Positions 11,376-21,790 of a stretch of DNA of 64,000 nucleotides are shown here, piece after piece. This DNA is from Betaproteobacteria bacterium (GTDB taxonomy: Bacteria; Pseudomonadota; Gammaproteobacteria; Burkholderiales; SG8-39): the NCBI GenBank assembly GCA_947479645.1, contig CANKAJ010000003.1, forward strand, positions 4,127 through 68,126. Direction: 5' to 3'. Under the pieces are notes generated by a model that saw only the letters and a program-made list of their open reading frames with translations, was not told the origin of the DNA and searched no databases. The first letter of the stretch is position 1. Each line of letters starts with the position of its first letter. Made by a program: the position numbers and the translations under genes.

Positions 11376-11614
11376 CGAATATCCTTTTCTTGATTTTTTA
11401 CAGGGAATAAAAAAGGCTGCTCGCTCAAATCTGGAAGTTCGATACGCTTTCGGATGCCAGTGAATTCTTTGTCTGGAAAAAGTCTTCCAGAATTGAATTT
11501 CTCGGAATTTCCAGGAAAACCCTGAATGGATCTCGAGTCTTGAGAAAGCATACCCAGCGCTTCCACCAAAATGGAGAATATGCATGGGGACGTGCCCCCT
11601 GGTTCAGTAATTCT

Positions 11615-12628
11615 CTAGGCTTGGCTGTCCAGTCCGAACTCCTGCGCCAGCAGTTCGTATGAACGATGACGCGCAGCGGGTTCGTAGGTCCAGGTTACGA
11701 TCACCAATTCGTCCAGATTGAGGCGCTCGGCCAACTCCCTCAATTTTGCTGAGACTTGCCCGGAAGACCCGACAATGGCCCGCTTATTGAGCTTTCCGAT
11801 AATGACCTGCTCTTGCGGCGTTCGGATGCTCGCAGCCGCCTCGTCAGGACTCACCAGTGGATCACGTAACCCCTTCTCAAAACCAAGGCGCCAGTGCTCG
11901 CGCGTCTTGAACAGATGCCTTGCCTGCGCTTCTGAATCAGCAGCCAGCGCCCAAACACAAATCGTTGCAATGGGCTCAGGATAACGAGGACTCGGACGGT
12001 AATTGCGCCGATAAAGATCCAAGGCCTGCTCAACGCCCTTGCCCTCGCTGAAGAAGTAGGCAAATGCATAAGGCAAACCGAAATACGCCGCGAGGTGCGC
12101 GCCGTAATCGGAGCTGCCAAGGATCCACATTTGCGGGCTGGTTGGACCTTGCGGATGCGCGCCAATGCGCTGGAACGGATGACCTTCGGGAAGCGGTGTT
12201 CCGGACACCCAGTCTTGCAGATCGCGTATTTGACGCGGAAACTCTTCGAGCACATTGCCTGGATTGGAATTCAACGCATAGGCAGTCAATTGGTCGGAAC
12301 CCGGTGCACGCCCGATACCAAGATCAATGCGCCCAGGCGCGATCCCTTCCAACACACGAAACTGCTCTGCCACTTTCAATGCGGAATAATGCGGAAGCAT
12401 GACACCCGCGCTACCGACGCGAATACGCTGCGTGGTGGCAGCGATGGCTGCCATGAGTATTTCAGGAGCCGAGCCGACAATACTGCCGCTATTGTGATGT
12501 TCGGATACCCAGAATCGGTTGTACCCCAACGCATCGCAGTGGCGGGCGAGTGCGAGGGTTTCCCTGATGGCGGCCTGCTGACCGCGCCCCTTTGACGCTG
12601 TGGATTGATCGAGAACTGACAACCTCAT
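11615..12628 (-). CDS. LLM-class (luciferase-like) flavin-dependent oxidoreductase
   Basis: MRLSVLDQS, RFWVSEHH, IRVGSAGVMLPHYSALKVAEQF, GRIDLGIGRAPG. Confidence 0.92.
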   Translation of the reverse strand: MRLSVLDQSTASKGRGQQAAIRETLALARHCDALGYNRFWVSEHHNSGSIVGSAPEILMAAIAATTQRIRVGSAGVMLPHYSALKVAEQFRVLEGIAPGRIDLGIGRAPGSDQLTAYALNSNPGNVLEEFPRQIRDLQDWVSGTPLPEGHPFQRIGAHPQGPTSPQMWILGSSDYGAHLAAYFGLPYAFAYFFSEGKGVEQALDLYRRNYRPSPRYPEPIATICVWALAADSEAQARHLFKTREHWRLGFEKGLRDPLVSPDEAAASIRTPQEQVIIGKLNKRAIVGSSGQVSAKLRELAERLNLDELVIVTWTYEPAARHRSYELLAQEFGLDSQA

Positions 12629-12858
12629 AGCCGATTCCTGGCTCGCGCTTCTTGGATGGAGGCCCCGTCAGGCGGGTACGCAAGGGCACCGGAGGCATTC
12701 GGGGCAGATTACCAAGCGGGTAAGCACGTTGTGCTTGCCGAACCAGTCACTCGTTCAGAACAACCGGCAGAAAAACCGGCCGCCCGCCAGGGATTGCGAT
12801 GCCCAGGGAATTGCGATGCAATGGGCGGTGAATCCGCCCATCTTCATACAAAACCAGC

Positions 12859-13128
12859 CTAGTTATCCGCCTTGTTCATGGCCTTGGTTTCTGCCTTGGA
12901 CTTTCTGCCCGGACTGGCAGGAGGGATATAGCCAGAAACCCGGCACAGCCAACCTTCGCTCGCCTTGCCGCCCTCAAACCGGGTCAACCTGCACATAATG
13001 ACATCACCGCTGGCAGCCAAGCCGGAAACGCCCAGACGTACTTTTTCCAGGGAAATTCCCGTTGCTTTCGCGATATCCGAGTCAAGACGTTCGCCGTGTG
13101 CTTTCAGATACTTCAGGATTTCATGCAC
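12859..13128 (-). CDS. Small winged-helix DNA-binding protein
   Basis: GTG start with GGAG RBS; ILKYLK..GERLDSDIAKATGISLEKVR..L HTH pattern, basic tail. Confidence 0.75.
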   Translation of the reverse strand: MHEILKYLKAHGERLDSDIAKATGISLEKVRLGVSGLAASGDVIMCRLTRFEGGKASEGWLCRVSGYIPPASPGRKSKAETKAMNKADN

Positions 13129-13523
13129 CTTGATTACTCCTTCAAAAATAAGCCGCCTTGCGACTCCAAGGCTTGGGTTTCCGGTACCACTCTCGTCAAT
13201 TTGACGTGGATAAAGCCAAGCGTGAACTTGCGTCAGAGGCAGGATTCCTTATCCACAAGATCCTGCCTGAAGCGGCCAGATGTACCGCTCACTGCATTCA
13301 TTTTGTCCGGCAATCGCCAAATTGAGACCGGCAGGATACGGGGAAGTTCGCGTCCCCGATACCCCAAAAATCAAACAATCGTAAGAAAAGTCGGCCAATT
13401 CGAGGGAACCTGCGGACGGCATTGAACAGCAGATTCATTCAAATACTTGAAAAATACCCATCAAGTATTTGATATAAAAGCACATATACCACTTCAACCG
13501 GAAGAAAAACTATCCAGAATTTC

Positions 13524-13613
13524 TGGCGGAGAGGGAGGGATTCGAACCCTCGACAGAGTTGCCCCTGTGCCACCTTTCCAGGGTGGTGACTTAAACCGCT
13601 CATCCACCTCTCC
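13524..13613 (-). tRNA. tRNA-Ser (anticodon GGA)
   Basis: GGAGAGG...anticodon arm CCACC-CTGGAAA-GGTGG, long variable arm, GGTTCGAATCC T-loop, 3' CCA. Confidence 0.97.
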
Positions 13614-13738
13614 GAAACTCATCCGTCAGCCGCCAAATACTTGTGCTATCGGGGCCAAAAAGCGCAGTTCCCGGACATACGGAACCGCGGAGCATAAACC
13701 AGACGCGAACTATGGGCAACTCCGCGTTTGTATCGGAC

Positions 13739-15709
13739 CTAGCTGGTTTCCTTCAACTGATCCAGAATCGCCGGGTTTTCCAGAGTGGAAACGTCCTGGG
13801 TAATGGCCTCGCCTTTGGCGATGGAGCGAAGCAAGCGTCGCATAATCTTGCCGGAGCGGGTCTTCGGCAGGTTTTCACCAAAACGGATGTCCTTGGGCCT
13901 GGCAATCGGGCCAATTTCCTTGGCCACCCAGTCACGCAACTCCTGCGCCACTTTTTTGGCTTCATCGCCGTAAGGTCGCGCTCCCTTGAGCACCACGAAT
14001 GCGCAAACCGCCTCTCCGGTCAGATCATCGGGACGCCCTACGACGGCTGCCTCAGCCACCAGCGAAGTATGTGAAACCAGCGCCGATTCAATCTCCATCG
14101 TGCCCAACCGGTGACCAGAGACATTGAGCACATCGTCGATGCGACCCATGATGCGGAAATAGCCATCCTTGTCACGGCTTGCGCCATCGCCTGCAAGGTA
14201 ATACTTCCCCTGAAAGTCGTCAGGGTAATAACTCTTCTTGAATCGGTCCGGGTCGCCCCAGATGGTGCGGATCATGGAAGGCCAGGGTCGTTTGATGACC
14301 AGAATCCCCCCCTTGCCCTTCTCTAACTCTTGTCCCGTCTCATCAACAATGGCCGCCATGATGCCGGGTAGCGGCAACGTGCATGATCCCGGTTTTGTCG
14401 CCGTAACGCCGGGCAGTGGTGTAATCAGGTGCCCTCCGGTCTCGGTCTGCCACCACGTATCAACAATGGGGCAACGCTCGCCACCCACCGTGCGGTGATA
14501 CCACATCCATGCCTCAGGATTGATTGGCTCCCCCACTGTCCCGAGGATGCGCAGCGACTTGAGGTCATATTTATTCGGCAGATCGCCCCCGGCCTTGATT
14601 AGCGACCGAATAGCCGTCGGTGCGGTATAGAACACGCTCACCTTGTGATCCTGAATCATCTTCCAGAAACGGCCCGCATCCGGATAGGTCGGCACACCTT
14701 CAAAAATCACCTCAGTCGCCCCCGCGGCCAATGGACCATAGACGATATAGGTATGCCCGGTAACCCAGCCTACATCTGCCGTGCACCAGAAAATATCGTC
14801 CGGCTTGTAGTCGAACGTCCACTTCATGGTAAGGAGAGCATGCAACAGATAGCCAGCGGTGGAATGTTGCACTCCCTTGGGTTTGCCCGTCGAACCCGAG
14901 GTGTAAAGAATGAAAAGCGGGTGCTCCGCATTGACCCAGGTCGGCTCACATTCGTTTGGTTGGCCCTTTTCGGCGTCATGCCACCACGCATCCCGCGGCG
15001 ACTGCATCGGTATCGCCGAACCCGAGCGCTTGTATACGACCACCGTCCGGATGCTGTCGCAACCGCCCATCGCCAGTGCTTCATCGACGGCGGGCTTGAG
15101 CGGAATTTCCCGCCCTCCGCGAAACTGCCCATCCGCAGTAATGACTGCAATGGCGCCGGCATCGATGATGCGCTCATGCAGGCTCTTGGCGGAGAAACCG
15201 CCAAACACCACCGAATGGGTTGCAGCAATCCGTGCACATGCCTGCATCGCGACCACGGCCTCAATCGACATCGGCATGTAGATCAGCACGCGGTCACCCT
15301 TGCCAACGCCCCTGGCCTTCAGCGCATTGGCAAAGGTGCACACGCGGTGATACAGATCCTTGTACGAGATCTGTGTAATCTTGCCGTCATCGGCTTCAAA
15401 AATCAGCGCAATCTTGTCCGGCTGCGTCTTCAGATGACGATCGAGACAGTTATATGACGCATTGGTCTCGCCGTCATAGAACCACCTGAAGAAAGGTGCG
15501 TTCGATTCATCCAGCACCTTGCTGAAAGGCTTGTGCCAAAGAATATTTTCGCGCGCGAGTCGCGCCCAGAACCCCTCGAAATCGCGGTCAGCCTCGTCGC
15601 AAAGCGCCTGATAGGCAGGCATGCCCGAGATATTGGCCTGCTTGACGAACTCCGGCGAAGGTGGGAACAGCCGGTCCTCCTGCAAAACCGATTCGATGGT
15701 GGCGGACAT
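13739..15709 (-). CDS. acs: Acetyl-CoA synthetase (AMP-forming)
   Basis: [48 protein letters not shown]. Confidence 0.97.
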   Translation of the reverse strand: MSATIESVLQEDRLFPPSPEFVKQANISGMPAYQALCDEADRDFEGFWARLARENILWHKPFSKVLDESNAPFFRWFYDGETNASYNCLDRHLKTQPDKIALIFEADDGKITQISYKDLYHRVCTFANALKARGVGKGDRVLIYMPMSIEAVVAMQACARIAATHSVVFGGFSAKSLHERIIDAGAIAVITADGQFRGGREIPLKPAVDEALAMGGCDSIRTVVVYKRSGSAIPMQSPRDAWWHDAEKGQPNECEPTWVNAEHPLFILYTSGSTGKPKGVQHSTAGYLLHALLTMKWTFDYKPDDIFWCTADVGWVTGHTYIVYGPLAAGATEVIFEGVPTYPDAGRFWKMIQDHKVSVFYTAPTAIRSLIKAGGDLPNKYDLKSLRILGTVGEPINPEAWMWYHRTVGGERCPIVDTWWQTETGGHLITPLPGVTATKPGSCTLPLPGIMAAIVDETGQELEKGKGGILVIKRPWPSMIRTIWGDPDRFKKSYYPDDFQGKYYLAGDGASRDKDGYFRIMGRIDDVLNVSGHRLGTMEIESALVSHTSLVAEAAVVGRPDDLTGEAVCAFVVLKGARPYGDEAKKVAQELRDWVAKEIGPIARPKDIRFGENLPKTRSGKIMRRLLRSIAKGEAITQDVSTLENPAILDQLKETS

Positions 15710-15830
15710 CTGTAAATCTCCTTTGGGTCTGGCGATGACTGTGCAAAAAATTACCAGGTTCGAGAGGCCATTTTCTTCTTATCCGAAATAGATAGCCGCA
15801 CGAACAATAAGCGAACAACGCGCCAACAAA

Positions 15831-16826
15831 TTATGGCGTAAGTATGGTACTCCCGGTCGTCTTGCGCGCTTCCAGATCGCGATGCGCCTGCTGCACCTGC
15901 GCCATGGGATAACGCTGGTCAATCCTGATCTTCACCTTGCCACTCCCGACAACATCGAACAGGTCATCAGTCATGACCTGTACATTTTCACGTGAAGAGA
16001 GATGCGTGAACAAGGTCTGCCGGGTCATGTACAACGACCCCTTGGCGCCCAGAATGCCAGGGGCAAACGGCGGAACCACACCCGAAGCATTGCCAAAGCT
16101 GGCCATTAACCCGAAGGGAGCAAGACAATCCAGCGACTTCGCCCAGGTGTCCTTGCCAACCGAGTCATACACCACCTTGACCCCCTTGCCACCGGTAATT
16201 TCCTTGACGCGAGCAAGGAAATCCTCATTAGAGTAGTTGATGACGTGAGCGGCGCCATGCTCGCGTGCCAGTGCACATTTGGCGTCGGACCCGGCAGTGC
16301 CAATCAACTGCAATCCCAATGCCCTGGCCCATTGGCAGGCAATCAGCCCGACGCCACCGGCCGCGGCATGAAACAGCACATGGTCACCCGCCTGCAAGCC
16401 GGCTTGAGGCAGCGTGCGTTTTAGCAGGTACTGCGCGGTGAGTCCCTTGAGCATCATTGCAGCGCCCGTCTCAAATGAAATGGCATCAGGCAGGCGGCAG
16501 ACGCACCAGGCCGGCATCACGCGCGCTTCGCTATAGCTTCCCGGCGGCAGACTGGCATAGGCGGCGCGATCCCCCGCCTTCAAGTGCGTGACGCCTTCGC
16601 CCACCGCCTCGATCACGCCGGCTCCCTCCATACCCAGTCGCAACGGCAATGGCAGTGCATAGATTCCGGTGCGCTGATAAACGTCGATGTAATTCAAGCC
16701 GATGGCGTGATGGCGGATGCGGATTTCACCCGGCCCCGGATCACCCACCATGACATCGACGAGCCTGAGTTGCTCGGGCCCGCCAATCTGATCGATCTGA
16801 ACCGCCTTAACTGAATATTGGGTCAT
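15831..16826 (-). CDS. qor: NADPH:quinone oxidoreductase (zeta-crystallin/MDR family)
   Basis: IGLNYIDVYQRTG, LFHAAAGGVG, VYDSVGKDT, AHRDLEARKTTGS; start at 16826. Confidence 0.9.
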   Translation of the reverse strand: MTQYSVKAVQIDQIGGPEQLRLVDVMVGDPGPGEIRIRHHAIGLNYIDVYQRTGIYALPLPLRLGMEGAGVIEAVGEGVTHLKAGDRAAYASLPPGSYSEARVMPAWCVCRLPDAISFETGAAMMLKGLTAQYLLKRTLPQAGLQAGDHVLFHAAAGGVGLIACQWARALGLQLIGTAGSDAKCALAREHGAAHVINYSNEDFLARVKEITGGKGVKVVYDSVGKDTWAKSLDCLAPFGLMASFGNASGVVPPFAPGILGAKGSLYMTRQTLFTHLSSRENVQVMTDDLFDVVGSGKVKIRIDQRYPMAQVQQAHRDLEARKTTGSTILTP

Positions 16827-17015
16827 GCTGATGCTCCGACATTGAATGTGAGTGGATTCTGGAACGACATCTTGCCACAAGTATATTCATGCTTTATGCC
16901 CCCTCCTTCCGGCTCGCGCTATCGGATAAACTTCGGCCTGCAAAGCAGTCCGAAAAACCAGTCCGAAAAATATTTCTCGGCTCTCAAACCTTTTTCACCC
17001 GACACAGGAATCCCC

Positions 17016-17783
17016 ATGCCCATCAACAGCCTGCCCCTCAAGGGCCAGACCGCCATCATCACCGGATCCGGACAAAATCTCGGACGCGGCATTGCCCTCA
17101 CCTTCGCCCGTGCCGGCGCCAATGTTGTGGTCAACGGCCATCGCAATCAGGCCGCCATCGAGGCAGTCGCCGCAGAAGCCGAAAAAGAAGGCGTACAGGC
17201 CCTGGCAATACTGGCCGATGTCACCAACCCGGACGAAGTACAAGGCCTGGTTGACAAGACCATGACGAAATTCGGGCGAGTGGATATCGCCGTATCCAAT
17301 GTCGGCATGCGCCTGCATCAGCCATTCCTGGATATCACCGTTGATGACTGGCACAAGGTCATGAACGCCAGCCTGAACTCGGCTTTCTACTTGGCGCGTT
17401 CCGTACTGCCGCTGATGAAGCAACAACGCCATGGCCGCATCATTCATATCTCCGGCCGCGACGGCTTCTTCACCCTGCCCAATCGCGCCCATAACGTGAC
17501 AGCCAAGGCCGGCATGCACTCGCTGGCCAAGGCCATCGCACTGGAGTTTGGTCCATTCGGAATCACCGCCAATACCGTTGCGCCCGGGCTGATGGACACG
17601 ACGCGTGACCTCACTCAATACCCTGACTGGGCACGCGTCTCGGAGCAGCGCCGCCTGCAAATCCCCATGCGCCGCTTCGGCACCGGTGAGGACATGGGCG
17701 AAGCCTGTCTGTATCTGGCCGCCGGCGGGTCCTATGTGAGCGGCCAGTTGATCCAGGTTTGTGGAGCGGAATTCCTGTACTAA
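17016..17783 (+). CDS. Short-chain dehydrogenase/reductase (SDR)
   Basis: ITGSGQNLGRG Rossmann motif, NTVAPG; the catalytic Tyr of YxxxK appears replaced (HNVTAK). Confidence 0.88.
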   Translation: MPINSLPLKGQTAIITGSGQNLGRGIALTFARAGANVVVNGHRNQAAIEAVAAEAEKEGVQALAILADVTNPDEVQGLVDKTMTKFGRVDIAVSNVGMRLHQPFLDITVDDWHKVMNASLNSAFYLARSVLPLMKQQRHGRIIHISGRDGFFTLPNRAHNVTAKAGMHSLAKAIALEFGPFGITANTVAPGLMDTTRDLTQYPDWARVSEQRRLQIPMRRFGTGEDMGEACLYLAAGGSYVSGQLIQVCGAEFLY

Positions 17784-17899
17784 TCGACGCAAAGCTGCCA
17801 ATCGCTGCCGGTCGGCCGGCAGACCATGAATACTGTCACGGGCCGCCCGCGGAAAATCGACTAAAATTCCCGCTCCCGATATCCTCCCATCAGACAAAA

Positions 17900-18433
17900 A
17901 TGAATCAACCAAAAACACCGCCTGAATTGCGCACTCTACCCCGCTGGATTTTTGCCAGCCGCTGGTTGCAGGCGCCGCTGTATATCGGCCTGATCGTCGC
18001 CCAGGCAGTCTATGTCTGGCAGTTCTGGGTGGAACTGATCCATCTCATCGGCATTACCGCAACCAAGGGCACCACCGAGTCCGAGATCATGCTGGTGGTG
18101 CTGGGTCTGATCGATGTAGTGATGATCTCGAATCTGCTGGTCATGGTTATTGTCGGCGGCTGGGAAACCTTTGTATCGCGCCTTGAACTTGACCAGCACC
18201 CTGACGAGCCGGAGTGGCTATCGCATGTCAACGCCGGCATGCTCAAGGTCAAGCTGGCCACCGCCATCATCGGCATCTCTTCCATTCATCTGCTGAAAAC
18301 CTTTATCAATGCGCCGGCCTACGATGAAAAAACCCTGATGTGGCAGACCATCATTCACTGCGCCTTTCTCTTATCTGCCCTATCCATTGCGTGGACCGAA
18401 CGCCTGACCGCAAAGCACGGAAGTGAACATTAG
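17900..18433 (+). CDS. UPF0114/YqhA-like membrane protein
   Basis: IFASRWLQAPLYIGL, IVGGWETFVSRL, LKVKLA..IIGISSIHLL. Confidence 0.88.
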   Translation: MNQPKTPPELRTLPRWIFASRWLQAPLYIGLIVAQAVYVWQFWVELIHLIGITATKGTTESEIMLVVLGLIDVVMISNLLVMVIVGGWETFVSRLELDQHPDEPEWLSHVNAGMLKVKLATAIIGISSIHLLKTFINAPAYDEKTLMWQTIIHCAFLLSALSIAWTERLTAKHGSEH

Positions 18434-18481
18434 CCTGATCTGCCCGGCGCTCGCAGCGCCGAAAACTGAAAAGAGAAGACC

Positions 18482-20008
18482 ATGACCGTCATCAAACAGG
18501 AAGACCTGACCCAGAGCGTAGCTGATGCCTTGCAATACATCAGCTACTATCATCCGAAGGATTTCATCCAGCATCTGGCGCGCGCCTATGAGCGCGAGCA
18601 ATCGCCCGCCGCCAAGGATGCCATCGCCCAGATCCTGACCAACTCGCGCATGTGCGCCGAGGGCCGTCGGCCACTGTGCCAGGACACCGGTATCGTCAAT
18701 GTCTTTCTGAAAATCGGCATGGACGTGCGCTGGGAGGGGTTTTCCGGATCAATAGCCGACGCCATCAACGCCGGTGTGCGACGTGCCTATACCCACCCGG
18801 ACAATCCGCTGCGCGCCTCAATACTGTCCGACCCGATCTTTACGCGCAAGGACACCAAGGACAACACCCCAGCAGTGATCCACACCGAGGTTGTCCCTGG
18901 CAATACGGTGGAAGTAACCGTTGCCGCAAAAGGCGGCGGCTCGGAAAACAAATCGAAACTGGCCATGCTCAACCCGTCGGATTCCATCATTGACTGGGTA
19001 TTGAAGACGGTACCCACAATGGGTGCCGGCTGGTGCCCGCCAGGAATGCTGGGCATCGGCGTGGGTGGCACCGCCGAGAAGGCCGTACTGATGGCCAAGG
19101 AGTCCCTGATGGCGCCGCTGGACATGCATGAACTGCTCGCCCGCGGCCCACAATCGAAGATCGAGGAACTGCGCATCGAACTCTTTACCAAGGTGAATGC
19201 ACTCGGCATCGGCGCGCAGGGTCTGGGCGGTCTTTCCACGGTGCTTGACGTCAAGATTCTGGACTATCCGACGCATGCCGCATCAAAACCGATTGCCATG
19301 ATTCCGAACTGCGCCGCGACACGCCACGTGCACTTTGTGCTGGATGGCTCGGGCGTCGCGGAGTTCGACCCGCCTTCACTGGAAGACTGGCCCAAGGTTG
19401 GCTGGACCGCTGCGCCGACGTCCAAGCGCGTCAATCTTGATACGCTGACCCCGGCCGAGGTGGCTGCCTGGAAGCCGGGTGAGATCCTGTTGCTCAACGG
19501 CAAGATGCTGACCGGCCGCGATGCCGCCCACAAGCGCATTGAAGGCATGCTTGAAAAAGGCGAGAAGCTGCCGGTGGACTTTACCAACCGGGTGATCTAC
19601 TACGTCGGTCCGGTTGATCCGGTACGCGATGAAGTCGTCGGCCCTGCCGGCCCCACCACTTCCACGCGCATGGACAAATTCACAGACATGATGCTGGCCA
19701 AAACCGGATTGATCGCGATGATCGGCAAGGCTGAGCGCGGTCCGGTTGCCATCGAAGCGATCAGCAGGAACAAGGCTGCCTATCTGATGGCGGTGGGCGG
19801 AGCCGCTTACCTGGTTGCCAAGGCCATCCGCAAGCAGAAAACGCTGGCCTTTGCCGATCTGGGCATGGAGGCGATTTACGAGTTCGAAGTCAAGGATATG
19901 CCGGTCACAGTCGCAGTGGACTCCCAGGGAACGTCGGTGCATAACACCGGTCCTGCCGAATGGAAAAAGAAAATCCGCGAGTTCAAGATCCCGGTTGCTG
20001 TCGCCTAG
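18482..20008 (+). CDS. fumA: Fumarate hydratase class I (Fe-S)
   Basis: PLCQDTG, AKGGGSENK, GAGWCPPG, GRDAAHKR, GPTTSTRMD, MIGKAERG. Confidence 0.93.
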   Translation: MTVIKQEDLTQSVADALQYISYYHPKDFIQHLARAYEREQSPAAKDAIAQILTNSRMCAEGRRPLCQDTGIVNVFLKIGMDVRWEGFSGSIADAINAGVRRAYTHPDNPLRASILSDPIFTRKDTKDNTPAVIHTEVVPGNTVEVTVAAKGGGSENKSKLAMLNPSDSIIDWVLKTVPTMGAGWCPPGMLGIGVGGTAEKAVLMAKESLMAPLDMHELLARGPQSKIEELRIELFTKVNALGIGAQGLGGLSTVLDVKILDYPTHAASKPIAMIPNCAATRHVHFVLDGSGVAEFDPPSLEDWPKVGWTAAPTSKRVNLDTLTPAEVAAWKPGEILLLNGKMLTGRDAAHKRIEGMLEKGEKLPVDFTNRVIYYVGPVDPVRDEVVGPAGPTTSTRMDKFTDMMLAKTGLIAMIGKAERGPVAIEAISRNKAAYLMAVGGAAYLVAKAIRKQKTLAFADLGMEAIYEFEVKDMPVTVAVDSQGTSVHNTGPAEWKKKIREFKIPVAVA

Positions 20009-20034
20009 CGACACATTCCGCCGCAGGATTGCCC

Positions 20035-20793
20035 ATGCCCGCTTTCATGTCACCGGGAAAGCTGCGGGCCTTCCTGATTCATCTTGGCCTCAGCGCCGGC
20101 ATTGTCGGCGTGGTCGCCATCCTGATGCTGTCGATCTGGTACCCGCAACCCTGGTTCCAGCACGATGGCGGTTGGACGGTGTTCCAGCTGATCATGGCGG
20201 TCGACGTGGTGTTGGGTCCCTTGCTGACCTTGATTGTTTTCAGACGCGGCAAGCCCGAACTGGCGCGCGACCTGACCATCATTGCCACCATACAACTGGG
20301 CGCCCTCGCCTTTGGCGTCACCACGATGATGCAGCATCGACCGGCCTTCATCGTCTATGCTGAACAAAATTTCTTTGCCGTGACCTGGCATCAGGTAAAG
20401 CACGGTACCCGGGACATCGACCGCCTGAGCCAGCTGAGCCAGTCAACTCCGATACGGCAATTGAAGCTCGTCTACCTGCAATTGCCCGCAGATCCGGAGC
20501 AGCGCGACGCACTTCGGCGTGAACAGAATAATAATGGACCGCTCATCGTCAGCCGCGGCGACTATTTCCAGGAATTGACGCCTAAATACTGGGAAGAGAT
20601 CCTTGGCCACGGATCGAGCGTGACTGAAATTGCCCGCAATGACCCGGACATTCAGGCAGCGCTGGAAAAGTTTCGCCAGCGCCACCCCGAACCGCTGGAA
20701 ACATTTGCGTTCCTGCCCGTGGTCTGTCGCAACGATGTGGTGATGCTGGTTTTCGATCGCAAGACAAAAGCGCTCATTGATTGGCTGGAATGA
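20035..20793 (+). CDS. TfpX/TfpZ (FimB)-like type IV pilin accessory membrane protein
   Basis: AFLIHLGLS..WYP.PWF..DGG, VDVVLGPLLTLIVF..GK..L..DL..I..IQLGAL.FG pattern. Confidence 0.75.
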   Translation: MPAFMSPGKLRAFLIHLGLSAGIVGVVAILMLSIWYPQPWFQHDGGWTVFQLIMAVDVVLGPLLTLIVFRRGKPELARDLTIIATIQLGALAFGVTTMMQHRPAFIVYAEQNFFAVTWHQVKHGTRDIDRLSQLSQSTPIRQLKLVYLQLPADPEQRDALRREQNNNGPLIVSRGDYFQELTPKYWEEILGHGSSVTEIARNDPDIQAALEKFRQRHPEPLETFAFLPVVCRNDVVMLVFDRKTKALIDWLE

Positions 20794-20816
20794 GCACGCG
20801 CCATACCTGAGTGAGA

Positions 20817-21776
20817 TTAATCCTCCGCCGTGGCACCCGATGCCTTGACGACCTCCGCCCAGGTGCTGACTTCAGCACGCAGAATCCTGGCAAACTCCTC
20901 AGGCTTGTTAGCCAGTGGTTCCGCGCCCAGATCGATCAGCCGCTTCTTGATTTCCGGGTCATGAGCGACACGGGCAATCTGCTCGGCCAGACGGTTGACG
21001 ATCGGTCGCGGAGTCGCTGCCGGAGCCAATACTCCGTACCAGACATCGACTTCCATATTGACACCCGATTCCTTCATCGTCGGAACATCCGGCATGAGTT
21101 CGCTGCGCTTGGCACCGGTCAGTGCCAGCGCACGCAGTCGCCCCGCCTTTACGTGTGAGGAAATGGCCGGAATATTGGCAAAGCTCAACTGCACCTCGGC
21201 GGCCACCAGCGCCGTCAACGAGGGCGCGCTACCCTTATAAGGTATGTGGGTCAGACTGGTCTTGGTCAGCGTCTTCAGCAATTCACCGGCCAGATGCTGG
21301 GTGGTGCCACTGCCGGCTGAAGAATAATTGAGCTGGCCGGGCTGTGAACGCGCCAGTTCGAGAAATTCCGCCACGTTCCTTGCCGGAACCTTGGCATTCA
21401 CGACCATGACGTTGGGGCTGGTTGAAAAAATGGTCACGGCTGTAAAGTCGCGCAAAGTATCGAATCCGACCTTTTTGTACAGCGACATGTTGATGGCGAC
21501 GGCTGCCGTGTTCATCAATAGCGTATAGCCGTCAGGGGCGGCCTTGGCCACCAGTTCGTTGGCGATATTGGTGCCGGCACCGGGTCGGTTCTCCACCAGC
21601 ACCTGCTGGCCCAGAAATTCGGACAGTTTGGGAGCCATCAAACGCGCATTGATGTCCACACCACCACCCGGCGTGAAACCAAGAATGATGCGCACCGGCT
21701 TGGTTGGGTAGGCCTGCGCCAGCGCGGTGATCGGCGCCATCAGGGTCAGCAGCAAAGCCAGTCGTCTAATGTGCAT
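20817..21776 (-). CDS. Bug/TctC family substrate-binding protein
   Basis: YPTKPVRII.GFTPGGGVD, ENRPGAG, PDGYTLL, LNYSSAGSG, HIPYKG; start MHIRRL at 21776. Confidence 0.92.
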   Translation of the reverse strand: MHIRRLALLLTLMAPITALAQAYPTKPVRIILGFTPGGGVDINARLMAPKLSEFLGQQVLVENRPGAGTNIANELVAKAAPDGYTLLMNTAAVAINMSLYKKVGFDTLRDFTAVTIFSTSPNVMVVNAKVPARNVAEFLELARSQPGQLNYSSAGSGTTQHLAGELLKTLTKTSLTHIPYKGSAPSLTALVAAEVQLSFANIPAISSHVKAGRLRALALTGAKRSELMPDVPTMKESGVNMEVDVWYGVLAPAATPRPIVNRLAEQIARVAHDPEIKKRLIDLGAEPLANKPEEFARILRAEVSTWAEVVKASGATAED

Positions 21777-21790
21777 GTTGTTATTCCCAA

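Noticed and set aside
13524-13613. Active prophage or ICE at tRNA-Ser
   Set aside because: No integrase, phage or conjugation genes and no duplicated tRNA 3' end found
13447-13803. 118-aa ORF
   Set aside because: Overlaps tRNA-Ser on the opposite strand; spurious
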